A stretch of DNA of 64,000 nucleotides from Cyclonatronaceae bacterium (GCA_047921215.1 JBLRWO010000009.1:35690-99689), one strand, 5' to 3'. Positions 8,226 to 18,799 are shown, counted from the stretch's first letter. Made by a program: numbers and translations. Notes: generated by a model from the sequence alone, not told the origin.

Positions 8226-8945
8226 ATGGAATACACGGTTGATCTCTTTTTTAATTCACGGGCTTTTGTTGAGGAGGAACTGCGTGGCAAAACGGTGGTC
8301 GTGATTGATGTACTGCGGGCCTGCTCTACCATACTGACGGCACTCTCGTACGGGGCAAAAGGGGTGGTACCCATCAGGGACCTGTCGGAGGCCGGCCCCT
8401 TCACCCGCAACCTGGATCCCACACGATTTGTCATGTGTGGTGAGCGTGACGGGGTGAAGATTGACGGTTACCACTTCGGCAACTCACCACTGGAATTTCA
8501 GCCCTCCGATATGGAAAACAAAACGGTGGTGCTCTCCACAACCAATGGAACGATGGCCATTACCCGTGCATCGCTGGCGAAAAACCTCTACATCGCATCG
8601 CTGTTAAATGCACAGGCTGTTGCCGAACACCTTAAAACGCTCGATCAGGACCTCTTTTTTATCTGTGCCGGATGGAAAAACCGCCTGAGCATAGAAGACA
8701 TTCTGTGTGCCGGCTACATTCTGAATGAACTGTTTGGCGACGATCTGCCTGACAATACACGAGATGGTGCCCGTGTTGCCCACGGCCTGTATGTGTCCTG
8801 CAGGGACCGCATCACCGAAGTGGTCATGACTTCAAATCACGCGGCCAGATTGAGGGATTTGAATTACGGAGCCGATATTGAATATTGCTGTGAATTAAAT
8901 AAATTTAATCTTGTGCCTGCATTGCGTGAAGGAATAATCAAATAG
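8226..8945 (+). CDS. comB: 2-phosphosulfolactate phosphatase family protein (ComB-like)
   Basis: VVVIDVLRACSTILTAL and CGERDGVKIDGYHFGNSPLEF are ComB family motifs. 239 aa. Confidence 0.8.
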   Translation: MEYTVDLFFNSRAFVEEELRGKTVVVIDVLRACSTILTALSYGAKGVVPIRDLSEAGPFTRNLDPTRFVMCGERDGVKIDGYHFGNSPLEFQPSDMENKTVVLSTTNGTMAITRASLAKNLYIASLLNAQAVAEHLKTLDQDLFFICAGWKNRLSIEDILCAGYILNELFGDDLPDNTRDGARVAHGLYVSCRDRITEVVMTSNHAARLRDLNYGADIEYCCELNKFNLVPALREGIIK

Positions 8946-8948
8946 GAC

Positions 8949-11504
8949 ATGGCCCGTAAAAAAAAGAATGGGAATTCCGATGGTGCGTTCATCACACCAG
9001 AGAGAAAGCTTGAGATTATCGGCATCATCATCATGTCGATTGCTGTACTCATTGCACTCAGCATCATAACCTATTCACCAACCGACAACATCCTCATTAA
9101 AAACGCCTCTTTCAGTGAATTGCTCCGGTTTGATGAGGGTACCGCGCTGAGAATAAAAAACGGGCTCGGCATAACTGGGGCCTATCTCTCCTATTTTTTT
9201 GTTTACATCCTTTTCGGCTACCACAGCGCCATACTTGCAGCACTCACCATGCTTTACGGCTGGTTCATATTCAGACATCATAATCTTTCCCGCCTGCATG
9301 GAACCGCACTGCTTTATACCTGTGTGATGGTGCTTCTGGCTGCCATACTGGGCTGGGTTGCTTTGGTGTTTGAGACCGATACCCATTCCTGGAGCGGATT
9401 CGCGGGTCTGTCGTCGGCCAGGATGCTTGGTTTCCTCACCGGAAAAGTGGGTTCACTGATCATTCTCGCTTCCCTGACCATTATTGCGGCCCTGGTGATC
9501 GTGGATGGCAATATTCAGAACACTATAGACCGTTTCAAGCAGGGTTTCGAGCAGTTCAAAATGCGACGAAGTGAAAATCGTGAACGCCGTGCCGCCGGGG
9601 TTGAAATAAACAGACAGGCGGTGTACAGTCAACCTGATCCGGACGACGACGATGAAGGTGTAGGGGAAGTGGTTGTAAGCAGAACCAGAGGCAACGTAAT
9701 TGAGGGCACACCTGGTCCGAAAAAATACCAGCTGGAGACCGAAAAAGAAAAACCCAGCATAAACGAGATCATCGAAAAATCGAAAGAGCGTGACCTTACG
9801 CGCCACCAGCAGCAACTTCTGGAAGAAGAAGCCATGAAGAATCTCCCGCCAAGGGCGATCATTGAAAAGCCGGGAGAGACTGGCCAGGATAACACGGTTA
9901 CTGGTGATGGTGAGCAGGACGGACCGGAGATATCCGTATTCGTGGGCAAGCAGGAAGAAGAAGCCGATGAGAAGGAATTTGAAAAGCAGCAGAGGGCCAA
10001 AGAGATCCCGGTCATCAAGTACAGATTCCCGCATCCCGGCCTGCTCGACTCACCGCCCAATGAAGGCAACGAGGTCGATTTCGACGAGATCAACGAAAAC
10101 AAACTGATCATTCTCGACAAGCTGAAGCGGCACAATATCGAGATTACAGCGATTGACGCCATCGTGGGTCCAACCGTAACGCTGTACGAACTGCAGCCCT
10201 CCCCCGATGTAAAGATCAGCCGGATTGAGAGCTATGCCAACGACCTCAAGATGGCCATGGCCACCCACGGGCTGCGCATCATTGCCCCGATTCCGGGTAA
10301 ATCGGCGGTGGGTATTGAAGTTCCGAACCGCAAGCGGGAAACCGTTTTCATCAAATCTGTGATCGGCTCCCGCAAATTTATGGAAACCGATATGGACTTG
10401 CCGGTGGCCTTCGGCAAAACGATCGAAAACGAGATATTCATGCTGGATCTGGCCAGGCTGCCCCACCTGCTTATCGCCGGTGCCACCGGATCGGGTAAAT
10501 CGGTCGGTATCAACACCGTGATCACTTGCCTGCTCTACAAGTGCCATCCCGAAGACCTGAAATTTGTGCTCATCGATCCCAAAAAGATCGAACTTTCTCT
10601 CTACAGAAACATCCAGAATCATTTTATTGCCACCCTGCCCGACGCCGAAGAGCCCATCGTAACCGATACCAGCCAGGTTCTCGATGTACTTAACAGCGTC
10701 TGCAAGGAGATGGACGAACGGTATGAGCTTCTGAAAATGGGCGGAGTTCGGGACATCAAGGCCTATAACACCAAAAAGAAAGCCAATCAGCTCGACATCG
10801 AACTTGGCCACCGCCATCTGCCCTACATCATTGTGGTGATCGATGAGCTGGCCGACCTGATGATTACTGCCGGCAAAAGCATAGAGGAACCGATCGCGCG
10901 GATTGCTCAGCTTGCCCGGGCTGTGGGTATCCATATGGTTATAGCCACACAGCGCCCATCTGTTAATGTAATCACCGGTACTATCAAGGCCAATTTCCCG
11001 GCCCGCATCGCCTATCAGGTCGCATCTAAAATTGATTCCCGCACAATCCTGGATACGATGGGGGCCGACCAGCTCGTTGGACGTGGAGATATGCTCTTCT
11101 CCAGCGGAGGGGCCGGCATGGTTCGTGTGCAGAACGCTTTCGTCTCGACGGAAGAAGTGGATCGTATCACAGCTTTTATCGGTAACCAGATGGGATACAA
11201 GAAACCTTATTTATTACCTCCACCCGACTCTGATAATGGCCAGACTGCCGGAATCCTGGACAAGAGTGAACGAGACGACCTGTTTGAGGAGGCCGCCAGG
11301 GTGGTGGTTCTGCATCAGCAGGGTTCTGTATCACTGCTTCAGCGCAAGCTGAAACTTGGCTACAACCGGGCCGGTCGGATCATCGACCAGCTCTATGCGG
11401 CCGGAATCGTGGGGCCCTACCAGGGCAGTACAGCCCGCGAAGTGCTGATTCAGGACGACGATGAACTCAGAATGCTTCTGGAGGATATAGATGCTGATCA
11501 ATAA
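8949..11504 (+). CDS. ftsK: DNA translocase FtsK/SpoIIIE
   Basis: 851 aa. N-terminal TM helices, a low-complexity linker, Walker A GATGSGKSVGIN, the motor domain, and a C-terminal gamma winged-helix (SVSLLQRKLKLGYNRAGRIIDQL). Confidence 0.92.
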   Translation: MARKKKNGNSDGAFITPERKLEIIGIIIMSIAVLIALSIITYSPTDNILIKNASFSELLRFDEGTALRIKNGLGITGAYLSYFFVYILFGYHSAILAALTMLYGWFIFRHHNLSRLHGTALLYTCVMVLLAAILGWVALVFETDTHSWSGFAGLSSARMLGFLTGKVGSLIILASLTIIAALVIVDGNIQNTIDRFKQGFEQFKMRRSENRERRAAGVEINRQAVYSQPDPDDDDEGVGEVVVSRTRGNVIEGTPGPKKYQLETEKEKPSINEIIEKSKERDLTRHQQQLLEEEAMKNLPPRAIIEKPGETGQDNTVTGDGEQDGPEISVFVGKQEEEADEKEFEKQQRAKEIPVIKYRFPHPGLLDSPPNEGNEVDFDEINENKLIILDKLKRHNIEITAIDAIVGPTVTLYELQPSPDVKISRIESYANDLKMAMATHGLRIIAPIPGKSAVGIEVPNRKRETVFIKSVIGSRKFMETDMDLPVAFGKTIENEIFMLDLARLPHLLIAGATGSGKSVGINTVITCLLYKCHPEDLKFVLIDPKKIELSLYRNIQNHFIATLPDAEEPIVTDTSQVLDVLNSVCKEMDERYELLKMGGVRDIKAYNTKKKANQLDIELGHRHLPYIIVVIDELADLMITAGKSIEEPIARIAQLARAVGIHMVIATQRPSVNVITGTIKANFPARIAYQVASKIDSRTILDTMGADQLVGRGDMLFSSGGAGMVRVQNAFVSTEEVDRITAFIGNQMGYKKPYLLPPPDSDNGQTAGILDKSERDDLFEEAARVVVLHQQGSVSLLQRKLKLGYNRAGRIIDQLYAAGIVGPYQGSTAREVLIQDDDELRMLLEDIDADQ

Positions 11505-12231
11505 ATTGTTTTATGTGCTTTTTCTGGTGGTTCCGGTTTGGACGGCTTCGGCCGGTACATCCCATACCGGCACATACGGTAAACCGGAAACATCCTGTGT
11601 GATATACCCTGAATCGGACGCATCAGTACCTGGTTGTGGTATGATGAAGCATGAACAGGACTATCTGAACCAGGTTACCAGGCAGGACGAAAGCAAAATC
11701 ACCGAGCTCAGAGAGCGTTTTTCAAACGGTAATGCTTTTACTGCATTCATGACGCACGAATATGTCGATTCATTCACCAGCGATACGGTTATCACCACCG
11801 GCACCATCTGGATCGGTACTGACAGCTACAAAGTAATCACCGATCAACAGCGTGTGACTGTAGACGGAAGCATTTCGAAGGTGTACAACCGCCCTCAGAA
11901 TAAGCTTATCATCAGTTTTTACGATCCCGAGGAGGATGAATTTGCCCCATCCCGATTTCTGACCGGAGCTCAGGACCGGTACATCATGGAAGAAACCGAC
12001 TTTGCAGACGGCACTGTAATCACGCTTACCTCCGATGATCCCTTTGAAATGTTCCGTGAGGTCCGGATTCATCTTAACGAAAAGGGTATTCCCCGTCTCA
12101 TAACCGGAATCGATCAGACCGGCAATGAATTCTCTACCTTTTTCGAAAGCGGTGTGTTTATTCAGGCAACCGGGGATCTGTTCAAAATCACCTGGCCGGA
12201 TAATGCCGAAGTGGTAGACCTTCGTAACTGA
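11491..12231 (+). CDS. LolA-like outer-membrane lipoprotein carrier family protein (tentative)
   Basis: Signal peptide present. The pattern TGTIWIGTDSYKVITDQQRVTVDGSISKVYNRPQNKLII resembles LolA. Its position directly after ftsK matches the ftsK-lolA synteny known from many bacteria. It overlaps the ftsK end by 14 nt. Confidence 0.55.
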   Translation: MLINKLFYVLFLVVPVWTASAGTSHTGTYGKPETSCVIYPESDASVPGCGMMKHEQDYLNQVTRQDESKITELRERFSNGNAFTAFMTHEYVDSFTSDTVITTGTIWIGTDSYKVITDQQRVTVDGSISKVYNRPQNKLIISFYDPEEDEFAPSRFLTGAQDRYIMEETDFADGTVITLTSDDPFEMFREVRIHLNEKGIPRLITGIDQTGNEFSTFFESGVFIQATGDLFKITWPDNAEVVDLRN

Positions 12232-12237
12232 CAGCCC

Positions 12238-13254
12238 ATGAAGCGAAACATTCTGAACATCGTCGTCGGGGTACTCATCGGGGCACTGTTCATATGGTTG
12301 TCGCTTCGCAATGTCGCTGTGGATGAATTTATCGGTATTTTCGGGGATATACGGCTTGGCTGGATATTCCCGTACCTGTTCATCGCTTTCGGCAGTATGC
12401 TGCTGAGGGCTGAGCGCTGGCGCATGCTGATGCAAAAAGAAAAGATGGTACCCGGGCGCCTGAACGTTAACTCTGCGGTAGCCCTTGGAATGATGATCAA
12501 CTATGCCATCCCCCGGCTGGGTGAAGTTTCGAGGGCCGCATATGTAGCCAGAAAAGAGAAAATCAGCACATCCAATGTTTTTGGTACCGTTGTGCTGGAA
12601 CGGATTGTGGACCTGGTAACCATGATGCTCCTGCTATTCATTGTACTCCTGTTTACCGCTACCGACAGCCAGACTCTTAGCTCACTGTTCGGCGACGACA
12701 CCGTAAATCTGTTACGGATCTTCTACGACCCGTTAAATGCCATATTGTTATTAACCGGCTTGGGTATCAGTATTACTTTCGGTTACCGGATACTGAAACA
12801 CCTGCTTTCGGCTGCCAATCGGGAGAAGGCCCGTTCATCTCGGTTAAGAAGCCTCATTGTAACTTTTGTTGAGGGCCTTATCTCTATTCGGTATATAAAA
12901 AACTGGCCCTGGTTTTTGGTTTTAACCGCATTGATGTGGTTTTGCTACATACTGATGAGCTATCTCCCCTTTTACGCATTTTCACTGCCAGATATATATG
13001 GTCTCGGCTTCGGTGATGCCATTGCCGTAACAGCCATAGCGTCGATTGGTGTGGTTCTGCCCTCGCCTGGTGGCGTTGGTACCTATCATTATTTCGTGAA
13101 ACAGACCCTGCTTGTACTCTGTGCCGTGCCGGCTGCCACCGGTCTGGCCTACGCGGTTGTGACACACGGGGCCATGATGGTTGTTATATTTACGACATCC
13201 CTGATTCTGCTCGTGCTGAACCAGGTGCGGAGCCCTAAAAATGAAGCTGTATAA
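12238..13254 (+). CDS. Flippase-like (UPF0104 / lysyl-PG synthase TM-region) membrane protein
   Basis: 338 aa, polytopic. The N-terminus and the RAERWRMLM motif are typical of the flippase-like domain family. Confidence 0.65.
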   Translation: MKRNILNIVVGVLIGALFIWLSLRNVAVDEFIGIFGDIRLGWIFPYLFIAFGSMLLRAERWRMLMQKEKMVPGRLNVNSAVALGMMINYAIPRLGEVSRAAYVARKEKISTSNVFGTVVLERIVDLVTMMLLLFIVLLFTATDSQTLSSLFGDDTVNLLRIFYDPLNAILLLTGLGISITFGYRILKHLLSAANREKARSSRLRSLIVTFVEGLISIRYIKNWPWFLVLTALMWFCYILMSYLPFYAFSLPDIYGLGFGDAIAVTAIASIGVVLPSPGGVGTYHYFVKQTLLVLCAVPAATGLAYAVVTHGAMMVVIFTTSLILLVLNQVRSPKNEAV

Positions 13255-13445
13255 ATATCGCAAACAACACCAGCTTGCATTTACATGTTCTCTGTTTGTT
13301 TTGTATTTTAGCAGGAATTGGCATTAACTGTGGCATCACGTTTTTTTTACACATCAGTTTTTTTCCGGTTTTTATTAAACCGGCATACTAAAATCAGTTA
13401 CTGCAAGTTTGTTTGAATAATCCCGAATCAAGCTAATCCAAAGAG

Positions 13446-15149
13446 TTGAAACGTCTATTACTGCTTTCTCTCCTCTGTTTTATACCCATTTTAACCGGCG
13501 CACAGGACAGAACCACACCAACATCACTCCTTCCGGATATCGATCCTCAGGATATCGAGATCCGTGGTGAATTCCGTGCGCGATTTCCGGGCCTGAACCG
13601 GCAGCCTATTCTGGGGTTCAACCCAACACCCCGCGTGTTCAGGCTTGATCCGAACAGGATGCCCTTTATTGAAAATCCGGATCAGGTGGTAGCAACCATA
13701 CAGGTTGCCCGCCTTGACGCCCCTGAAGGCCAGGCCCCTCAATACATTCGCTTCCCCGATCAGGGTTACCTGCACAGCCGCCTGGGTGTAGGGCGCTATG
13801 TGAGCCCCGAGGCCGACGTCTATGGCGGAACACCCATAACAGAAAATACATGGTTCCGAGGATCCCTGAATTACCACTCCTCCGACGGGCACCGAAACCG
13901 GGAAGTACAGCCTTCATCCTTCCGGTTTATGGACGCAACCGCCGGAATTGAAACCAGGCTGAGCAACAGGACAAGGGTTGGCGTTAATCTCTCCCTGTTA
14001 AATGAATTCAACTATGGGATTGAAACCCGGGCCCCCGATTTTACTACAAATTTTCCATCCGGAAATCCCAGGAAAACCTACAACGGATACTCGGCAGGAT
14101 CCGATATTACCCATTTTTTCAATGCGTTCAGAAAGTTTGAGGGCGACCTTTCATACAACTACTATAGAGTAAACTACAATTTCCCGTTTGTTGAGCAGTT
14201 ACGCTCTGAGGAACAGCGTCTGAAAGGGTCTGTATACTACCAGTGGCCTGGCACATCCATAGGAACCATTTTCGGAATCGGGGCCTTTACCGATGCTGCG
14301 CGGCTAGTTCAATCCCTACGGGACGACACCAACTGGCATATCTCGGGTGTAAAGGCCACCTGGGAGCAGCCGCTGTCATCCGACATGAAGCTGAGCCTGA
14401 TCGGTCGCGGGTATGTTACTTACGACGAGAAAGACGGAAACAATTTCTATATATATCCCGATGCCCGTGTTGAATTCTCAAGCATCCCCAATCTGACGCT
14501 GGTCGGAAGAGTTGGCGGATATATTCTGAATGATGGCCTCAGGGGCTTGCACGAAATCAACCGTTTTGCCGATGAAGGATCCGGACTCATAAATCAGCGC
14601 ACCATTTATGGGCTGGGTGAAGCCCGCTATGACTTCCTCGGATCTGCACAAGTATACGCCGGCCTTGCGTACTACATCTACGAAAACTACCAGTACTTTC
14701 TGTTTCAGGATATCGGTTATTCCCTGTTCGGGGTAGTTTATGACGATGATACCAGGCGCCAAAAGCTCTATGGCGGATTCCGTTACATCAACCGTCCTTA
14801 CGGATTTACATTTTTCACCGAGGTGCACGTACAGAATACAAAGCTTGATGACGGCACCGAGGCACCCTATGCTGAAAAATTCGGGGTTACAGCTGGTATG
14901 ACGATCAGACCTGTCCGTAACCTGAACATTACCATCTGGTCGGACTATATCGGAAATCGCCCCTACAATCTTGAAGGAAACAAACTGTCGGCCTATTATC
15001 TTCCCGGTGGCCGTATTGAATACCGTTTTACTGACGGTTTCGGACTCTATCTTAAAGTTAACAACATTCTCGACCAGGAATACGAGGTCTGGAACGGCTA
15101 CACGGAGCGTCTTTTCCAGGTCTACGGCGGGGTAACCTTTAAACTCTGA
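13446..15149 (+). CDS. Uncharacterised outer-membrane beta-barrel protein
   Basis: 567 aa with a signal peptide (LLLLSLLCFIPILTGAQ). It shows alternating aromatic/hydrophilic beta-strand patterns and a C-terminal YGGVTFKL. TTG start. No plug domain was recognised. Confidence 0.55.
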   Translation: MKRLLLLSLLCFIPILTGAQDRTTPTSLLPDIDPQDIEIRGEFRARFPGLNRQPILGFNPTPRVFRLDPNRMPFIENPDQVVATIQVARLDAPEGQAPQYIRFPDQGYLHSRLGVGRYVSPEADVYGGTPITENTWFRGSLNYHSSDGHRNREVQPSSFRFMDATAGIETRLSNRTRVGVNLSLLNEFNYGIETRAPDFTTNFPSGNPRKTYNGYSAGSDITHFFNAFRKFEGDLSYNYYRVNYNFPFVEQLRSEEQRLKGSVYYQWPGTSIGTIFGIGAFTDAARLVQSLRDDTNWHISGVKATWEQPLSSDMKLSLIGRGYVTYDEKDGNNFYIYPDARVEFSSIPNLTLVGRVGGYILNDGLRGLHEINRFADEGSGLINQRTIYGLGEARYDFLGSAQVYAGLAYYIYENYQYFLFQDIGYSLFGVVYDDDTRRQKLYGGFRYINRPYGFTFFTEVHVQNTKLDDGTEAPYAEKFGVTAGMTIRPVRNLNITIWSDYIGNRPYNLEGNKLSAYYLPGGRIEYRFTDGFGLYLKVNNILDQEYEVWNGYTERLFQVYGGVTFKL

Positions 15150-15150
15150 T

Positions 15151-15345
15151 ATGGAAAAAAAATTCAATACTGCGTTCAGAGAAGCTCTCAGGGGCTTGGT
15201 AACAGAAGGGAAATCGGTATCAATTTCCGGACTCGGAACGTTTAAACCGGTTCACTACAAGCAGCATGAAGCTGAAAATGAAGAGGGCCACAAAGTACTG
15301 ATGCCACCCAAAGATTCCATTGAATTTATACCGGAGGGGAACTAA
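15151..15345 (+). CDS. Small HU/IHF-like (HU-CCDC81-type) domain protein
   Basis: 64 aa. The GLGTFKP...LMPPKDSIEF pattern resembles the HU-fold arm region. Its stop overlaps the next start (TAATG). Confidence 0.5.
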   Translation: MEKKFNTAFREALRGLVTEGKSVSISGLGTFKPVHYKQHEAENEEGHKVLMPPKDSIEFIPEGN

Positions 15346-16748
15346 TGGATAAAATCAGTCACGTTCAGTTTGTTGAAATCCTTGCCTCAAAGCTTGGTCT
15401 TACGGACGAGGAAACGGCAAAAAAGCTAACCGAGCTGATTCTTGGTATTAAGAAAGAAGCAGTATCCGGTGAAATGGTCATTGATGGCCTTGGTACGTTT
15501 ACTACCAAAAACAAAGAACTAACGTTTGTGCCTGATGAATCCTTTGAGCTGGAGATTAATCATAATTACGCCGGCATGATTCCGGTGTTGATTGAAGAAC
15601 CGGGTACACAAACTTCAGCAACCACCAAAAAAACGGGAGATAAAGCGGAAGCAGTTGACGACACCGTATCCGGAGCAGAGGCTGAGGATGATGCAGATGA
15701 TTTTGAGGAAGAAGAATTCGTTGATGTTATTGATGAGCAGGATCCATTCGATCTCGATGATGAGGATGAAGTGGATAGCAGCAAAGAAAAAGTAACATCT
15801 GCTTCCGGTACAGGTACCCGCAAGTCTGAAGAATCAACTGAAGATACGGCTGAAAAAGTCAGAAGAGCAGCCCTTGAAGCAGAAGAGAAAAAGATTAAAG
15901 AAGAGCAGGAAGCTGCAACTGCAGGTCAGGATACTACCTATTCTGTGAAATCTGATGAAGAAGTATCGGCAACGACCACCGGCAGCGATGAAGATATTCA
16001 GCCAAACTGGGTTGAACCGGGAACGGAAACTGGAACTGGAACGGAAACCGCGCCCGAAACAGCCAAAGCATCCGGTAACAAGAGTATTAACCCGGAAAAT
16101 AAAGAAGTCGCATCATATGACAGGGTTCGCCCCGACAGCAATACCGGTACGATCATCGCCATCCTGGTTGCCGCTATCGTTGTGGTGGCTGGTGCACTTT
16201 ATCTGTTTGGATTCCTTTCCGGATCGCCATCCGCTACTACAACACCAGTTGTATCAGAAGAAAGCATTAGTCCGCCAGCTGTAGTGGATGAGCCGGAATC
16301 AGGTGATGCAGAAGCCGGGTTTTCCGAAATGGAACAGCTTGCAGAAGAAGAGGCGGCACGTGATGTAACAGCGCAACCTGTAACTCCCGTCGAAGAACAA
16401 GCCGCTATTCCTGTTGAATCCCGGATCACAGAAGATCCGGTAAGCACCCCGTCCGCTGCATCTTTCGGGCTGCGTGGAAACATGAACACATCACTGGAAA
16501 GGCCTTACACCATTGTCGTGCATTCACTGGCTTCGCGCAGCGATGCTGATCGGGAATCCTCCGCCCTTGCTGGTGCCGGATACCGGAGTACACACTTCCG
16601 GGTGGAACTGCCAGACGGCAGTGTTCGCTGGAGGGTGGCAATCGGTCAGTTTGGCAACACTAATACCGCAATGGAAGCCGCAACACAGCTACCGGAACCC
16701 TATCTGACCAACCATTTCATCAGTCGTATCGAATCGTACAATCCCTAA
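15345..16748 (+). CDS. HU-like domain and SPOR domain-containing membrane protein
   Basis: N-terminal HU-like domain (VIDGLGTFTTKNKELTFVPD), an acidic low-complexity linker, one TM helix (IIAILVAAIVVVAGALYLFGFL), and a C-terminal SPOR-like domain (YTIVVHSLASRSDADRE...WRVAIGQFGN). Confidence 0.75.
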   Translation: MDKISHVQFVEILASKLGLTDEETAKKLTELILGIKKEAVSGEMVIDGLGTFTTKNKELTFVPDESFELEINHNYAGMIPVLIEEPGTQTSATTKKTGDKAEAVDDTVSGAEAEDDADDFEEEEFVDVIDEQDPFDLDDEDEVDSSKEKVTSASGTGTRKSEESTEDTAEKVRRAALEAEEKKIKEEQEAATAGQDTTYSVKSDEEVSATTTGSDEDIQPNWVEPGTETGTGTETAPETAKASGNKSINPENKEVASYDRVRPDSNTGTIIAILVAAIVVVAGALYLFGFLSGSPSATTTPVVSEESISPPAVVDEPESGDAEAGFSEMEQLAEEEAARDVTAQPVTPVEEQAAIPVESRITEDPVSTPSAASFGLRGNMNTSLERPYTIVVHSLASRSDADRESSALAGAGYRSTHFRVELPDGSVRWRVAIGQFGNTNTAMEAATQLPEPYLTNHFISRIESYNP

Positions 16749-16768
16749 ACATCTCAATATCCCCCAAC

Positions 16769-17509
16769 ATGTCCATGCTTTTAACCTTTTTCCTTTCATT
16801 CATATTTCAGGCCACTACAGAACTGGCAGAAAGTGATACCCTGGCTGCCTTTACCGCTGAACCGGAAGGCCAGTCGTTCTTCTTCATTCTGCTTCAGGGC
16901 GGATTCATCATGATACCGATCGGTATCCTGTCGATACTTGCAATTTTTGTGATTGCTGAACGATGGAGGGTTCTGAACAACTCACAGATGGACAATGAGA
17001 AATTTCTGGGCACAGTTGAAGAGATGCTTAAGGAAGGCAGTACGCGCCAGGCCATCCGGTATTGCGAAGAGATGGATAAACCACTGGCCAGGATACTCAA
17101 ACAGGGAATAAAACGCCTGGGCCGGCCCATTCTGGATATTGAGGATGCCATCAAAAATGCCGGCAAGCGGGAAATTCACATGCTTGAAAAGAAGATGGAC
17201 TGGCTGGCTACCATTGCGGGTGTGGCTCCGCTGCTGGGATTCCTCGGCACCGTAACCGGTATGATTCAGGCATTTATGGAGATACAATCGCTACAGGGTA
17301 ATGTAAACCCGAGTGTACTGGCCGGCGGTATATGGGAAGCCCTGATCACAACTGCTACCGGCCTTGCCGTTGGTATCTTTGCGTTCTTCTTCTACAACTA
17401 CCTTATCAGCCGAATCAACCGGATGGTATTTGACCTGGAAGTTTCTACAACCGAATTCATAGAACTCCTCCAGAAACCTGCACCCAAGAAAGAAACCGTA
17501 CTGCGATGA
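16769..17509 (+). CDS. MotA/TolQ/ExbB proton-channel family protein
   Basis: 246 aa. Three TM segments and the conserved APLLGFLGTVTGMIQAF motif. Confidence 0.85.
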   Translation: MSMLLTFFLSFIFQATTELAESDTLAAFTAEPEGQSFFFILLQGGFIMIPIGILSILAIFVIAERWRVLNNSQMDNEKFLGTVEEMLKEGSTRQAIRYCEEMDKPLARILKQGIKRLGRPILDIEDAIKNAGKREIHMLEKKMDWLATIAGVAPLLGFLGTVTGMIQAFMEIQSLQGNVNPSVLAGGIWEALITTATGLAVGIFAFFFYNYLISRINRMVFDLEVSTTEFIELLQKPAPKKETVLR

Positions 17510-17913
17510 ATTTCCGACCGACAAATGAAATCCGTAAACCGCTCTCGGTCTTTTCACTTTCATCCCTGACCGATATCGTACTGTTGCTGCTCATTTTTTT
17601 CCTTCTTACTTCTTCGTTTGTCGCCAATTTCGGCATCCGGGTAAACGTACCCAGGGCCGATACCAGCGCACAAACCCAGCCGCAGTACATTAATGTTACG
17701 GTGACCAAGGAGGGGGATTTCTACGTGGGTGGCGAGCAGGTGAGTAAATCGCTCCTGGCTACGGCCATCAGAACCGAGTTTCAGAAGAACCCGCAGAGCA
17801 CCCTTGTACTCCGGGCCGATAAGGACGCAATAATTGACAATGCCGTGTTCGTTATGAATATTGGTAAAGCACTCAATATGAATATAATGATGGCCACCGA
17901 ACGGGGAATCTGA
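17506..17913 (+). CDS. ExbD/TolR biopolymer transport protein
   Basis: 135 aa. N-terminal TM with LTDIVLLLLIFFL, and a periplasmic domain with LVLRADKDA. There is a 4-nt overlap with the upstream gene. Confidence 0.85.
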   Translation: MNFRPTNEIRKPLSVFSLSSLTDIVLLLLIFFLLTSSFVANFGIRVNVPRADTSAQTQPQYINVTVTKEGDFYVGGEQVSKSLLATAIRTEFQKNPQSTLVLRADKDAIIDNAVFVMNIGKALNMNIMMATERGI

Positions 17914-17917
17914 AACC

Positions 17918-18742
17918 ATGAAACGAAGAAAGCTTACACAGGAGGAGAAATTTGGCCTTACAACTACCGTTGGAGCCCACATTTTCATCATTCTGATTGC
18001 CATACTCATCATCACCCGGCCGGTTGATGATGACCGCATTGCTTTCATTGAAATCACACTGGGTGAATTCCGTGACGGGACTATGGCTGAATTTTCCCAG
18101 GAACAGAATCCTGTGGTTGCAACACGCCCCAGAACCACACCTGTTCAGACTGAGCGCCCGCGGCCTGAACCGGTAAGGGAGCAACAGGAACAGGTAGAAC
18201 GACAGGAAACGGCCAAACCGGTTGAATTGCCGGAACAGACTCAGGAGATACAGGAAGAGGTTGTTAATACTCCGAAGACCCGTGAAATCGATCCGACTGT
18301 TGTAGTACGTGAAGAAAACCGCGAAGAACAGCAAGTACAGCAGGAAACTCCCGTCAGAGAAGCGGAAACCGAACGGGATGGTGCAGTAACCAGCGGCGAC
18401 ATCCGCGGGCGTACAGGCGATATTGAAGCCGACCAGGGCACCGGACGTGACCTGGACCGGTCTGCGCCGTTCACCCTGGAATGGGAGGGCGACATTGAGC
18501 GGGCACCCCTTCAACAGCCGATGCCCAATTACACCGCACAAGTGGAGGCCATTATTACTGTCCGTTTTGAAGTTCGTCCAGACGGAACTGTGGGCCGGAT
18601 TACTCCCATCCGCCGTATGAGTCCCGAGTTGGAACGTGAGGTAAACAGGACCCTACGTACCTGGCGTTTCTCCAGGTTGCCAGGGGGCCTTCCCCAGGAA
18701 CCGCAGTTCGGAATCATCACCTTCCGCTTCGTACTTGACTAA
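17918..18742 (+). CDS. TonB/TolA-like energy transducer (TonB C-terminal domain)
   Basis: N-terminal TM, a Pro/Glu/Gln/Arg-rich spacer, and a C-terminal TonB-like fold (GTVGRITPIRRMSPELEREVNRTLRTWRF). It is the third gene of the trio. Confidence 0.7.
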   Translation: MKRRKLTQEEKFGLTTTVGAHIFIILIAILIITRPVDDDRIAFIEITLGEFRDGTMAEFSQEQNPVVATRPRTTPVQTERPRPEPVREQQEQVERQETAKPVELPEQTQEIQEEVVNTPKTREIDPTVVVREENREEQQVQQETPVREAETERDGAVTSGDIRGRTGDIEADQGTGRDLDRSAPFTLEWEGDIERAPLQQPMPNYTAQVEAIITVRFEVRPDGTVGRITPIRRMSPELEREVNRTLRTWRFSRLPGGLPQEPQFGIITFRFVLD

Positions 18743-18767
18743 TTCCAGACCCTGATCCGGCTAAATT

Positions 18768-18793
18768 CCAGGCTTTGCTTCAGCAAAACCTGG
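18768..18793. terminator. Hairpin between the convergent tonB-like and glgP genes (possible terminator)
   Basis: CCAGGcTTTGC ttca GCAAAaCCTGG gives 5+5 bp with one mismatch and a 4-nt loop. The flanking T-runs are weak on both strands. Confidence 0.35.
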
Positions 18794-18799
18794 TCTTGC

